Shown here: one piece after another, positions 9,928-20,285 of the stretch
How positions within the stretch are numbered: the first letter of the stretch is position 1
Layout: each line of letters begins with the position of its first letter
Source of the DNA: Candidatus Poribacteria bacterium
Lineage (GTDB): Bacteria; Poribacteria; WGA-4E; JAJDTR01
Length of the DNA: 64,000 nt
Direction: 5' to 3'
Assembly: GCA_965232235.1 (NCBI GenBank)
Contig: OZ246960.1
Location: forward strand, 1,132,479-1,196,478
Notes under the pieces: generated by a model
Told to the model about the DNA's origin: nothing
Database searches by the model: none
What the model saw: only the letters and a program-made list of their open reading frames with translations
Made by a program: the position numbers and the translations under genes

Positions 9928-11892
9928 CTACGAATCATGCTGCGCCTTGTACTCGATAGCTTTGCCGACCAAATAAATCAACTCCACAACCTGTTCGTTG
10001 TCGAATTCCGGGAATATGCCCTTGACTACCCGGCGCACCTCCTCCAAACTTCCGTCCTTTGCCCAGTAGCTCTCCCGCAGAATCTCGGCGAATTCTGCCA
10101 CCGCCGCCGTCAAGCGAAACGGCGCGGAAGCCGTCTCGAACGATTCATGCAGATCCGATGAAGAGATGTCTTTTCCAACTTCGGTGACCTTCTGGCTATC
10201 GGGATCGGCGTAGCGAATCGAAGCGGTCGCGATTTTACCGGACGCCCCTTCGTGGAGTTTGACCTCATACAGCGCGGTCACGCTGTGTCCCGAGCCGACC
10301 TCCCCGGCGTCAACGCTGTCATCGCGGAATTGGTGGTTTTCGAGGTATCGGTTCTCATATCCGAGCAGGCGGAAACGGCTGACAACTTCCGGATTGAAAT
10401 CGACTTGAATCTTGGCGTCTTTGGCGATGACCTGCAGCGTCCCCGTCAAATCTTCAACAAAGATGCGCCTCGCCTCGCTGAGCGTGTCAACATAGGCGTA
10501 GTTTCCGTTTCCTGCGTTCGCGAGTTTCTCCATGAGGACGTCGTTGTAGTTCCCCATCCCGAACCCGACGGTCGACAATGTGATTCCGCGCTTGACATGC
10601 GCGCGTATCTCCTTCAGTATCTCTTCCGGCCCCGTTTGACCGACATTGGCGACACCGTCCGAGCAAAGAATCACCCGGTTGATGTGATCGACCTCCGAGT
10701 TGCGCCAGGCGAGGTCGTACCCGATGCGCAGCCCCTCTTCGGCGTTGGTCGATCCATCCGGATGCAGGGAATCGATGGCAGTCAAAATCTCGGCGCGTCG
10801 GTTGACTCCCGTATGCGGCAACACGCGCCTTCCCCGCGAACCGTAGACGACGATGCCCACTTTGTCTGTAGGTCGAAGTTCATCCACAAGAAGCCTTAAC
10901 GCCCGCTTCACCAATCCCAAACGGTTTTCCATCGACATCGAACCGGATACGTCAACCACAAAGGTAAGCGTCGCGTCCTTTCGGTCTTGGTCGGAAATCA
11001 CGCGACCCTTCAATCCGATTCGCAGTAAATGGGTGCGCTTGCTATCGGCAAATATTGACGGCGCGCCCTCAAGGTGGATGGCGAATGCGCCCTCGGTCGG
11101 GGAGGTGTAGTCGTATTTGAAGGCATTGACAAACTCCTCCACGCGCACCGCTTCCGACGGGGGCAGGTGGCCTTCCGTCAAGTACCGGCGTGCAACCGAA
11201 TATGAGGCGGTATCCACATCCATCGCGAACGTCGAGAGGTGTTCGTCCTCCGTGTCAAGGAAGGGATTCACGCCGCTGCCCTTAAAGTACATATCCGGAT
11301 ACGCGGCAGCGTTTGGCGGTTTGAGTTGGGGAGCCATTCGATGGAGTGATTCTACCGGCACTGCTGATACACGCGACTTCGCGGAAAAAGGTGACTTCGC
11401 GGAAAAAGGTGGCTGCGCGCCTATCGCCTCCACCATAGCCTGTCCTCTGCGAGGAACGGTTACCTTCACCTCAACGTGTGTTTTCGGCGTGGACTTTGTA
11501 GATTCCGGAGTGTTCTTGGGACTATGGTTGGAAGAAGAGGGAACCGCCATGTGTCTACTTATCTGCGATGGCTGAGCGCCTGATGCTTCTATGCGCGCCA
11601 CCTTTGAGGAAAACTCTAACACTGCAGTTGCCTGGTAATTGGAAACCGCCCGCATTGCAAGTGGAGGTCTGCGTTCCCCATGCGGCGATGGCTGCGCGCC
11701 TATCGCCTCCCTCAAATTCAGTGCTTTGCGTGCTTTCGGTTTAGGAGGCAACTTTGGCGAAAGGAAATCTATGCTCATCGAATCATTCTGCTGTGGGGTT
11801 TTCGTCACCCAATAGGCGCCAATAAGCAACACGATGGCGGTGTGAATCATCAACGAAGCAGTTAACGCGCTCGACAGTTTCTTGAATTTCAT
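9928..11892 (-). CDS. YfbK-like von Willebrand factor type A domain protein with N-terminal membrane anchor
   Basis: 654 aa. N-terminal TM/signal 'MKFKKLSSALTASLMIHTAIVLLIGAYWV'. vWA-N region 'DTEDEHLSTFAMDVDTASY'. MIDAS motif 'VVDVSGSMS'. Internal 'IGAQPS' repeats in the linker. Confidence 0.7.
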   Translation of the reverse strand: MKFKKLSSALTASLMIHTAIVLLIGAYWVTKTPQQNDSMSIDFLSPKLPPKPKARKALNLREAIGAQPSPHGERRPPLAMRAVSNYQATAVLEFSSKVARIEASGAQPSQISRHMAVPSSSNHSPKNTPESTKSTPKTHVEVKVTVPRRGQAMVEAIGAQPPFSAKSPFSAKSRVSAVPVESLHRMAPQLKPPNAAAYPDMYFKGSGVNPFLDTEDEHLSTFAMDVDTASYSVARRYLTEGHLPPSEAVRVEEFVNAFKYDYTSPTEGAFAIHLEGAPSIFADSKRTHLLRIGLKGRVISDQDRKDATLTFVVDVSGSMSMENRLGLVKRALRLLVDELRPTDKVGIVVYGSRGRRVLPHTGVNRRAEILTAIDSLHPDGSTNAEEGLRIGYDLAWRNSEVDHINRVILCSDGVANVGQTGPEEILKEIRAHVKRGITLSTVGFGMGNYNDVLMEKLANAGNGNYAYVDTLSEARRIFVEDLTGTLQVIAKDAKIQVDFNPEVVSRFRLLGYENRYLENHQFRDDSVDAGEVGSGHSVTALYEVKLHEGASGKIATASIRYADPDSQKVTEVGKDISSSDLHESFETASAPFRLTAAVAEFAEILRESYWAKDGSLEEVRRVVKGIFPEFDNEQVVELIYLVGKAIEYKAQHDS

Positions 11893-12469
11893 GATATGTC
11901 CTCCGATATTTGGATAGAAAGGATGGAAGCGCGGAAGGTTCGAAGATTCCTTTCCACACCGTCCGTGGTTTGATGATTGTTAGTTGGATTAGTCGAAAGG
12001 AGAGCAAGGAACGTGCCACGAGAAAAGGAGCGGATTACGCCGCGTTTTCGCACCTTGTGTGCACACGATTGGGCAGGGACTGTGCGCGTATTGCCCTGCT
12101 TCGTGCAGACGAATGTGATGGTAATTGTCCAGATTTAATGCAACAAAGCACAGGAGTTGTGCTTCATTGCAAACAGCAGAGATACTTGACAATCGCCATT
12201 ACACTCTTGTAGGGTGCAATCCCCATCGATTTCGTAGGTTGGGTTGAACGGAAATCCGAAAAGAAATAGCCCATAGAAAGAAGACATCTGACGTTACAAT
12301 CGACCCAAAACGCGGGACATTAAAGTGAAACCCAACTCCTGTATCAGATCGGCTGAGACCGAGCGAATAAATCAATTTATCCGATATTCAGCGCAAATTT
12401 CACGCCGCATGTAGGAGGGAATTCCGATTCCCAACTTGTCGCGATTCGGAGGAGATTTCACTGATTCTC

Positions 12470-12498
12470 GTTGGCATCGGATCCAAAATGTGATACGA
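12470..12498 (+). promoter_or_regulatory. conserved promoter of PhyH paralog 1
   Basis: TTGGCA (12470-12475), 17-nt spacer, TACGAT (12493-12498). About 30 of 40 nt are shared with the upstream region of paralog 2 at 20768-20796. Confidence 0.45.
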
Positions 12499-12578
12499 TG
12501 GTTTTGTGTTTGCCGAGGGGCATCAAGATGGCGGCGATGCCGCAGTTCGGCAGGCTAAACGACATGAGGAGGATTAAC

Positions 12579-13388
12579 ATGAGTGAACATCTCATCTCGT
12601 CAAAGGAAATGGTGCAGTTTGTAGCTTCAGGTTACCTGAAGTTCGAGAGGATGGTGCCGAAGGATGTGTCGGACGCATGTCTGGAGGACATGAAGAATCA
12701 CCGCGGCTATCTCGAGGTGGGCACGCCGTTTGAGGAGACGTGGCCCAAGGGGACGCCGCTCGGCGATATGTTCCGTTTGCCGCAGGTCAAAGGGCTGATC
12801 CATTCGTTGGTCGGTCCAAATCCGGTCTATGACCATCACGCGGTGCATCTGCAGCGGGCGAACAGTATGAAGGGACCGGACACGCACCAAGACTCGGTCA
12901 TCGATTTTCGAGAGAACTATTTCGACATCCAGTTGTCGTTCTTCGCGCACGACACGCCCGACGAGATGGGTGGGACGTTCCTGATCCCGGGATCGCATTT
13001 CCGAAATGTCCGCACCGGCGAGATCCGCGGCTATCAGCAGATCCCCGGCAAGATCTGGGCGACATGCCCCGCCGGCACGATGTACGTCTGGAACACGCGA
13101 GTCTGGCACGGCGCGCGAAGCAACCATACCGATCGGGATCGCTACATGTACAAGGTGCGGCTCAACCCGTCGCGTCCCCAGGTGCGCAATTTCGATACCT
13201 CCGATATCGACGACCCGAAGATTGGAAGCATTCTCTCGAAGGGTCACGGCTGGGAAGGCAGCGACATGCGGTATGAGCTGATGAAGCGCGTCCAGTTGTG
13301 GCGGTACGTCTCCGATCAGCCCGACTACGATATCGGCGAGCGTTTCATGCGCAGGATTGAGTATCAGCCGCAGCGCATGTCGGCATGA
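12579..13388 (+). CDS. phytanoyl-CoA dioxygenase (PhyH) family Fe(II)/2-oxoglutarate oxygenase, paralog 1
   Basis: GAGGAGG RBS then ATG 12579. 269 aa. 'HQDSVIDF' HxD facial triad plus distal 'WHGARSNH'. About 90% identical to 21202-22011. Confidence 0.6.
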   Translation: MSEHLISSKEMVQFVASGYLKFERMVPKDVSDACLEDMKNHRGYLEVGTPFEETWPKGTPLGDMFRLPQVKGLIHSLVGPNPVYDHHAVHLQRANSMKGPDTHQDSVIDFRENYFDIQLSFFAHDTPDEMGGTFLIPGSHFRNVRTGEIRGYQQIPGKIWATCPAGTMYVWNTRVWHGARSNHTDRDRYMYKVRLNPSRPQVRNFDTSDIDDPKIGSILSKGHGWEGSDMRYELMKRVQLWRYVSDQPDYDIGERFMRRIEYQPQRMSA

Positions 13389-13480
13389 ATCGAGAGAAGA
13401 TAACCGACGATATGATTATTGAAGGATTCGTACGATGAAGCGTTGGATTTCACAATCCTCAACCCAACTTGCGCACCGCA

Positions 13481-13532
13481 TGTAGGAGCGATCTCCGAAT
13501 CGCGACCAGTCGGGAATCGGATTTCCTCCTAC
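13481..13532. repeat. REP-like GTAG-headed palindromic element (full copy)
   Basis: TGTAGGAGCGATCTCCGAATCGCGACCAGTCGGGAATCGGATTTCCTCCTAC, with terminal inverted repeats GTAGGAG/CTCCTAC. Related copies at 20624, 40011, 40163, 12410 (inverted), 31900 (inverted) and 48620 (inverted). Confidence 0.6.
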
Positions 13533-13557
13533 CCAAATCGTGTAGCTCCAGGCGATT

Positions 13558-16113
13558 TCATTTACTGACCAACATCCTCCGACTCGCCCTAAAATCCCCT
13601 GCCGCAAGCGTGCAAAAATACACGCCCGTCGCAACAACTTCCCCGCGTTCATTCCGTCCGTCCCAATACGCCGCGCGGTCCCGGCTCCGATACACACCCG
13701 CCGGCTGGAAGCCCACCGCCAATGTCCGAACCACCCGCCCGTGCACGTCATAGACTGTCAGCCTGATGTCCGCCGCTTCCCTCAGCTGATACGGTATCCA
13801 CGTTTCAGGATTGAACGGATTCGGGTAATTCGGCAACAGAGCCGTCTCGCTCGGAATGCTTGACTCCCGTGTCAACGTCATCAAGAGCCGTTCAAGCGCG
13901 AGAATCCCACTCTGTACGGTTGGATCTGCCGTCTCCAACCCCTCAGCATCAGCCAACCACCTCCGTACAGTCTCCGCCTTGAGCGCCCCAAGTCCATCCG
14001 CGCGGCTGGGCGGCGACGCCGCCGCATGTCCGAACGCCCCCGCCACCAACTCCAAATCGTGAAGGTTCACCACCCCATCCCCGTTGATATCCGCGTCGTT
14101 TTGTCCCATTTGCCCAACATTGGCGGCGACCAACACCAAGTCCAGGATGTTTACCACGCCATCCTGATTTACATCCGTTGCGAGCGCTTTAACATTGATT
14201 GTATCGCGTTTCAAGTCCCATAGTAGAATTGTGCCATCGTGACTCCCACTAGCAAGCGTTAGCCCATCGGGAGAGAAGGCAACGGAATCGACACTACTCG
14301 ATTGCCCCTCAAGGGTGCGCAGGTGTTCGCCAGTACGGACATCCCATAAACGGATCGTGCCGCGGTCGCCTACCCGCCAACTCCCACTCCCACTAGCAAG
14401 CGTGGATCCATCGGGAGAGAACGCAATGCAATGGATCCCCGACCAACGCGTGTGTGTAATGAAGATCCGCCGGTGTTCACTCGTACGGGTATCCCACAGC
14501 CGAATCGTATTGTCCCGTCCCCCGCTTGCAAGCGTAAGTCCATCCGGCGAAAACGCAACGGCAGTGACCTGGCGCGTATGTCCCTCAAGGATTTGCAAGC
14601 CTTTCCCAGTTCGTGCATCCCACAAACGTATCGTTGTATCGCGGCTCTCAAAGGCACCGCTGCCACTGGCAAGTTTCAAACGATCGGGAGAAAATGCCAG
14701 GGTAGTGACATCTCCCCTATGCCCCCTAAGAATCTGAAGGATTTCCCCGGTGCGGGTATCCCACAACCGGATTTTATTGTCCTTGCCGCCGCTAGCAAGC
14801 GTCAACCCATCGGGAGAGAAGACCACAGAATACACGCTAGAATGGACATTGTACCTATTGCCCTCAAGGGTATGTAGGTCGCCCCAGGTACGAGTATCCC
14901 ACAACCGAATCGTGTTGTCGCCCCACCCACTTCCGCTGGCAAGCGTTAATCCATCCGGGGAAAAAGCAACTGAATGAACCTGACCTGTATGTCCTTTGAG
15001 CGCGTGAAGCCTTTCTCCGGTATGGACATTCCACAGGCGAATCGTACCGTCCGAACTCCCGGCGATTGTAAGCCCATCGGGGGAAAATGCAACGGAGGTG
15101 ACTGGAACCCCATGTCCATCCAAGGTCAGCAGGGATTCGCCAGTGCGAACATCCCAAAATCGAACTGTATTGTCCCAACGCCCGATGGCAAGCGGGAGTC
15201 CGTCAGGGGAGAACGCTAGGGACAGAACCGAATGTCCTTCATAGGTCTGCAGACCTTCCCCAGTACGGACGTTCCAAAACCGAATTGTATTGTCTCTACT
15301 CCCGCAGACTAGTGTTAACCCATCGGGAGAGAATGCAAGGGACGTGACCCCATCTGTATGCTCTTGAAGAGTCAGCAAGCCTTCGCCGGTGCGCACATCC
15401 CACAACCGGATTGTATTGTCGTCACTCGCACTGGCAAGCGTAAATCCATCCGGAGAGAACACTACCGATGTAACCGAATCTGTGTGCCTCTCCAAGGTGC
15501 GAAGGCTTTCGCCAGTCCGGAAATCCCATAGCTGAATTGTATCGTCGCGACTTGCGCTGGCGAGTGTGCGCCTGTCAGGGGAAAACGCAACGGAGGTAAC
15601 CACATCGGTATGCCCCTCAAGGGTTCGCAGGTGCGTCCCTGACCGCGTGTCCCACAAGCGGATTGTATCGTCCCAACCCCCGCTGGCTAACGTAGATCCA
15701 TCCGGGGAGAAGGTTACAGACGTGACCCAAATCCCATGGTCGAGGGTGTGTCTGTGTTCCCCGGTGCGGGCATCCCACAAAAGAATCGTATCATCCCAAC
15801 TCCCACCGGCAAGGGTGAGGCCATCGGGCGAGAACGCGACAGAACTGACCCAACCCGTATGCCCCGTGAGCAAGGAAAGCTCGGCACCGGAATTCGCATC
15901 ATACAGCCAAATACCGATGCTGGTTGCGACCGCTAGCAGGGCGCCGTCTGGCGAATATGCAACATTGCCAAATATCCAACCTTTGCCCAGTCGCATTTTG
16001 GCGCCTTCGGGGAGTTCCCATTGTTGTGGGTCTTGGGCGAGGGTGTTGAGTGTGAGAAGGATGGCGAGGAAGGGAAGGATTAGCTTGGAAATTATGTGTT
16101 TTCTGTTCAACAT
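13558..16113 (-). CDS. secreted WD40 beta-propeller protein with dockerin repeat pair and T9SS C-terminal sorting domain
   Basis: Signal peptide 'MLNRKHIISKLILPFLAILLTLNTLAQ'. About 18 WD40 units ('GHTxxVxSVAFSPDGxTLASGSxDxTIRLWD'). Dockerin 'DVNQDGVVNILDLVLVA...DINGDGVVNLHDLELVA'. C-terminus 'LLPNYPNPFNPETWIPYQL...AAYWDGRN...GVYFCTL' is a Por/T9SS CTD. Confidence 0.85.
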   Translation of the reverse strand: MLNRKHIISKLILPFLAILLTLNTLAQDPQQWELPEGAKMRLGKGWIFGNVAYSPDGALLAVATSIGIWLYDANSGAELSLLTGHTGWVSSVAFSPDGLTLAGGSWDDTILLWDARTGEHRHTLDHGIWVTSVTFSPDGSTLASGGWDDTIRLWDTRSGTHLRTLEGHTDVVTSVAFSPDRRTLASASRDDTIQLWDFRTGESLRTLERHTDSVTSVVFSPDGFTLASASDDNTIRLWDVRTGEGLLTLQEHTDGVTSLAFSPDGLTLVCGSRDNTIRFWNVRTGEGLQTYEGHSVLSLAFSPDGLPLAIGRWDNTVRFWDVRTGESLLTLDGHGVPVTSVAFSPDGLTIAGSSDGTIRLWNVHTGERLHALKGHTGQVHSVAFSPDGLTLASGSGWGDNTIRLWDTRTWGDLHTLEGNRYNVHSSVYSVVFSPDGLTLASGGKDNKIRLWDTRTGEILQILRGHRGDVTTLAFSPDRLKLASGSGAFESRDTTIRLWDARTGKGLQILEGHTRQVTAVAFSPDGLTLASGGRDNTIRLWDTRTSEHRRIFITHTRWSGIHCIAFSPDGSTLASGSGSWRVGDRGTIRLWDVRTGEHLRTLEGQSSSVDSVAFSPDGLTLASGSHDGTILLWDLKRDTINVKALATDVNQDGVVNILDLVLVAANVGQMGQNDADINGDGVVNLHDLELVAGAFGHAAASPPSRADGLGALKAETVRRWLADAEGLETADPTVQSGILALERLLMTLTRESSIPSETALLPNYPNPFNPETWIPYQLREAADIRLTVYDVHGRVVRTLAVGFQPAGVYRSRDRAAYWDGRNERGEVVATGVYFCTLAAGDFRASRRMLVSK

Positions 16114-16259
16114 TGTCGGTCCTATTATGGTAAAGTGTTGGGTTTCACTCGAATTGCGGCGATTTGGCGCGGAATGGAACATCGGACGTTTGCTTGGCGT
16201 GCGTGAATTCGCTTGGATTTTCGCTCAACCCAACCTACGAGCTCGCAATCTGAAAGGCT

Positions 16260-16400
16260 GGTGGGCAGGGGATCTCTATCGCCCTCACTATCCGTTCGGT
16301 TGATCCTATTCGGTCACTTGATCCTTAATCAGTCGGTTGAGGGATTTACTATCGCGCTCGCCATCCACTCGCTTGATCCCAACCTACGGGCTGGCATTTT
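16260..16400. repeat. interspersed word-family copies (inverse orientation), then palindrome box
   Basis: 'GATCTCTATCGCCCTCACTATCCGTTCGGTTGATCC...TACTATCGCGCTCGCCATCCACTCGCTTGATCC'. Confidence 0.55.
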
Positions 16401-16408
16401 CAAAGGCT

Positions 16409-16425
16409 GGTGGGCGGTGCCCACC
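16409..16425. repeat. conserved palindrome GGTGGGCGGTGCCCACC inside a 30-nt conserved box
   Basis: 'AAAGGCTGGTGGGCGGTGCCCACCCTACA' recurs at 16401-16430, 52081-52110 and 59698-59727. Confidence 0.55.
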
Positions 16426-16503
16426 CTACAATAAGAGAATCCATGCGAAAACGGGAAATCGAAATCAAAATTGGAGAATGCATCGGCCTGGTTTCCAGAG
16501 AAT

Positions 16504-19029
16504 CTACTTACTGACGAGCATCCTGCGAGTGGCGGTGAAAGTGCCGGCATTTAAGGTGCAAAAATACACGCCCGTCGCAACAACTTCCCAGCGTTCATTC
16601 CGTCCGTCCCAATACGCCGCGCGGTCCCGGCTCCGATACACACCCGCCGGCTGGAAGCCCACCGCCAATGTCCGAACCACCCGCCCGTGCACGTCATAGA
16701 CCGTCAGCCTGATGTCCGCCGCTTCCCTCAACTGATACGGCAACCACGTCTCCGGATTGAACGGATTCGGGTAATTCGGCAACAGCGCCGTCTCGACCGG
16801 AATGCTTGACTCCCGTGTCAGTGTTGTCAAAAGCCGTTCAAGCGCGATAATCCCTCTCTTCACCGTTGGATCTGCCGTCTCCAACCCCTCGGCATCAGCC
16901 AACCACCTCCGTACATCTTCCGCCGTGATTGCCCCAAGTCCCTCCGCACGGCTGGGCGCCGCCGCCGCATGTCCAAACGCCACCGCAACCAACTCCAAAT
17001 CGTGAAGGTTGACAACCCCATCCCCGTTGACATCCGCGCCATCTCCGCCCAACTCCCCGAAACGTGCGGCGACCAACACTAAATCTAGGATGCTCACGAT
17101 TCCGTCGTGATTGACATCTGCCGATTTTGCTCGAATGAGGTCCGCGTGAGGGGTTACATCCCAAAGCAGGATTGCCCCATCCAAGCTGCCGCTGGCAAGC
17201 GTCAATCCGTCCGGGTTGAAAGCGGCGCTCCTCACTTCAGAGACATGTCCCTCGAACGTACCCAGCATATCCCCTGTAGCCGAATCCCACAGCCGGATGG
17301 TATGGTCGCTCGATCCACTGGCAAGCATCGCGCCATCCGGACTGAAGGTAACGCTCTCGATATAACCCGTATGTCCTTTCAGCGTCCGCAGCAGCGCACC
17401 CCTGCTCGTGTTCCACAGCCGCACGTTACGGTCACGATTCCCGCTGGCAAGCGTCAAGCCGTCGGGGCTGAATGCCAAACTCGTCACATTGGAGCTGTGT
17501 CCTTGAAGCGTCCGCCGGCGAGCACCTGTGACGGCATCCCATAGATGGATGGCGCCGTGGAAACTCCCGCTGGCAAGCGTCCTGCCATCGGGTGAATAGG
17601 CTACGGAAAGGACGATGTCCGTGTTGTCGTCAATCAGGCGCAGTTGCTCCCCCGAGGACACATCCCATACACGGACGGTGCTGTCCCAACCTCCACTTAC
17701 AAGGGTCAATCCGTCGGAACGGTACGCCACACCGGTAACCCAATGCGAATGTCCCCCAAGTGTCCGCCGCGCCCCGGTAACGGCATCCCAGAGATGTAGG
17801 CTGCCGTCCCTGCTCCCACCGGCAAACGTCGAGCCGTCGGGACTGTACGCCACGCAAATAATCTCCTCCTCGCCCGCCTGAAGCATTCGCACCTGCGCGC
17901 CCGCTGTTGTATCCCATAGACGGATGGCGCCGTCCCAACTCCCACTGATTACCTTATTCCCGTCCGGGCTGTACGCGATGCTGTTGATCCAAGATGAATA
18001 CCCGTTGATTGATCGCGCCAGATCGCCCGTCATTGTATTCCACAGGCGGATGGAATGGTCCCAACCCATGCTTACGAGTGTTTTCCCGTCCGGGCTGAAC
18101 GCAACCATCGGGTTATACGCACGACTGCTCCCGCTGGTGCCGGCGGCATCCTCTAACGTAAATAGTTCATCACCAGTGTCCGGGTTCCAGAGACTGGCCG
18201 TGCCGAACCAGCCCCCACTGGCGAGCATCTTTCCGTTGGGGCTGTATGCCAGGCTATTAACTGAAATCCTGTCCGATTCAAGCGTGCGAACGTGTTCACC
18301 GGTGCGGGCATCCCACAATCGAATGCCGCCAACCCAGCTCCCGCTTGCGAGTGCATTTCCATCCGGACTGTACGCCACGCTATGAACCTCCCACGTATGC
18401 CCCTCCTCAAGCGTCTGTTTGTGCGCCCCCGTACTCACGTCCCACAGACGGACCTCGCTCGAACTCCCGCTGGCGAGAGTTCCTCCGTCCAGACTAAACG
18501 CCACCGTAGGCACCATCCAGTCATGCCCTTCAAGCGCCCGTAGGTGCTCGCCTGTTCCCACATCCCATAGATGGATGGTGCCCTCAAAACTCCCGCACGC
18601 AACCGTTCCGCCATCCGGACTGAACGCCAGGCTTAGCAAGCCGGATTTGATCCTCTCAAGCGTCTGTTTATGCGCACCTGTGACCGCGTCCCAGAGGTAG
18701 ATTCCGTCCCACCTCACAGTCGCCAGCGTCGATCCATCCGGACTGAATGCCATATTCTCGACCCACGCCGTGCTTTCGTCAAGCAGGGCAATCTCTTGAA
18801 AGGTTGTTGTGTCGTAGAACCAAATTCCGAGGCTGCTTGCCACGGCGAGGCGTGCGCCATCCGGGGAGTAGGCGACGGGACCGGTCAGAGCGCCTTTGCC
18901 CAGCCGCATGGTGGCTCCTTCCGGCAACCCCCATGGCGATACGTCTTGGGCGAAGGCGTTGACCAAAATCAGGACAGAAAGCAACACAAGGCTAGATGAG
19001 ATTAACCGCGCTTTTTCGATTGACATCAT
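16504..19029 (-). CDS. secreted WD40 beta-propeller protein with dockerin repeat pair and T9SS C-terminal sorting domain (tandem paralog)
   Basis: 841 aa. Signal peptide 'MMSIEKARLISSSLVLLSVLILVNAFAQ'. Same architecture as 13558-16113. The 3' ~470 nt are nearly identical to those of that paralog. Confidence 0.85.
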   Translation of the reverse strand: MMSIEKARLISSSLVLLSVLILVNAFAQDVSPWGLPEGATMRLGKGALTGPVAYSPDGARLAVASSLGIWFYDTTTFQEIALLDESTAWVENMAFSPDGSTLATVRWDGIYLWDAVTGAHKQTLERIKSGLLSLAFSPDGGTVACGSFEGTIHLWDVGTGEHLRALEGHDWMVPTVAFSLDGGTLASGSSSEVRLWDVSTGAHKQTLEEGHTWEVHSVAYSPDGNALASGSWVGGIRLWDARTGEHVRTLESDRISVNSLAYSPNGKMLASGGWFGTASLWNPDTGDELFTLEDAAGTSGSSRAYNPMVAFSPDGKTLVSMGWDHSIRLWNTMTGDLARSINGYSSWINSIAYSPDGNKVISGSWDGAIRLWDTTAGAQVRMLQAGEEEIICVAYSPDGSTFAGGSRDGSLHLWDAVTGARRTLGGHSHWVTGVAYRSDGLTLVSGGWDSTVRVWDVSSGEQLRLIDDNTDIVLSVAYSPDGRTLASGSFHGAIHLWDAVTGARRRTLQGHSSNVTSLAFSPDGLTLASGNRDRNVRLWNTSRGALLRTLKGHTGYIESVTFSPDGAMLASGSSDHTIRLWDSATGDMLGTFEGHVSEVRSAAFNPDGLTLASGSLDGAILLWDVTPHADLIRAKSADVNHDGIVSILDLVLVAARFGELGGDGADVNGDGVVNLHDLELVAVAFGHAAAAPSRAEGLGAITAEDVRRWLADAEGLETADPTVKRGIIALERLLTTLTRESSIPVETALLPNYPNPFNPETWLPYQLREAADIRLTVYDVHGRVVRTLAVGFQPAGVYRSRDRAAYWDGRNERWEVVATGVYFCTLNAGTFTATRRMLVSK

Positions 19030-19481
19030 CAGTCTCCTTTCTATCTCACTGACTAGGTTCTATCGGCATTTGACTAATTGAACCCATTTCTATTCCGAGT
19101 CTTCGACCTAATGTGCCTAAAGGTGATTTGGGATAGTCCTAAATATCCAGCGTCTCGCGCGACCGTATCTCGTAGGGGCGAGGTTCCCTCGCCCAATAGG
19201 GTTGGTAGACCTAATCCCATCGGATTGAGAGATGCCCAAGGTAATACATATTAAAACCAGTTTATACAGTTCCTTCGCTTAATTCAAGAAACCAACATGT
19301 AAAAGAGTTCGGGGTAGTTTTAGTGATTTGTCCGAGGCTTGTAGCAGTTCTCAAGTTCGTGCCAGCAAAATGTCAACACGTCCTTGTGTAGCAATCCGGA
19401 GTAATTCATGTCAATGTAACCGAGGACGGGTAAGACGCCCCTTCGACATCAAGGTTGTCATGTCTTAGAGGGAAGAGAAAA

Positions 19482-20285
19482 TCATCTTCGCGACGAATCC
19501 TTCAATTCCCCCCAAGTCGTAGCCAGACGCGCTTCAGGGGCAACACCATGTGCACCGCCAAGAAATGGAATTCGTGGGCCCGTAATGGCAATATCATCAA
19601 GATGAACGGACGACCCACGATTTTTCGAAAATCTTACGGTGCCCGGGCGCGCCTTTCCATCTTCATATCGAGCTATGAGTTGGTTGTCAAAATAAAATTC
19701 AAAAAACTGGTTCTTAGCCACGATTTTGATTGGGATCCATCGATCTGCTATTGGTTGTTCGAGACGTTCAAGTGAGAATTTCGCACGAGGGACCCGTGAC
19801 ATAGCATTCCCTTCTACAGGGAAGCCTTTATTTGGGTGATAAGAGAAAACGCGTATCTCTGGTTTGGGTGCCAAGAGGATCAGCACGTCTTGGAGGTTAT
19901 CCTGAGTAAACGTTTCATTGCCTCTTTGAACCTCGGGGCCTTCGCTGTATCGGACATCAAGGTGGAAGCTTGCGCCCAGCTCTAGATCTTCTCTAAATTC
20001 AAATCTAATTTGACAGGTCAGTGTATAAGAATCCCATTTTTCCGCATTGCCTGTTCTTAATTCCAAGGATACGAAGTGCCTCTGCCCCCTAAAAAAGGGG
20101 TCTATAACCAGATATCCATCTTTGAACTTCAGAAGATCCGCAACCGGTGGGAACGGTGGCCCCGGAGCTATATGGATATGCCATCCATCAAGGTTTTCAT
20201 CGTTGAAATCTTCCACAAACGTACCGGAGTACGCTGCCATAACAGGCGATATTGACAGCAGCAAGGCTATTGATAACCATTTCAT
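19482..20285 (-). CDS. secreted hypothetical protein (lower-GC gene)
   Basis: 267 aa. Signal peptide 'MKWLSIALLLSISPVMAAYS'. The gene and its upstream region (19230-19480) are visibly AT-richer than their surroundings. Confidence 0.45.
   Translation of the reverse strand: MKWLSIALLLSISPVMAAYSGTFVEDFNDENLDGWHIHIAPGPPFPPVADLLKFKDGYLVIDPFFRGQRHFVSLELRTGNAEKWDSYTLTCQIRFEFREDLELGASFHLDVRYSEGPEVQRGNETFTQDNLQDVLILLAPKPEIRVFSYHPNKGFPVEGNAMSRVPRAKFSLERLEQPIADRWIPIKIVAKNQFFEFYFDNQLIARYEDGKARPGTVRFSKNRGSSVHLDDIAITGPRIPFLGGAHGVAPEARLATTWGELKDSSRR

Noticed and set aside
14315-16303. Long opposite-strand ORFs inside WD40 genes (for example 14315-14737, 14431-14877, 15566-16303). Similar ORFs sit inside the other WD40 genes (47129-47422, 50195-50623, 52585-53064, 54746-55642, 55736-56233)
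   Set aside because: They lie antisense to strongly supported WD40 coding sequence, are Ser/Pro/Arg-rich and low-complexity, and have no RBS. They are typical GC-rich antisense artefacts.
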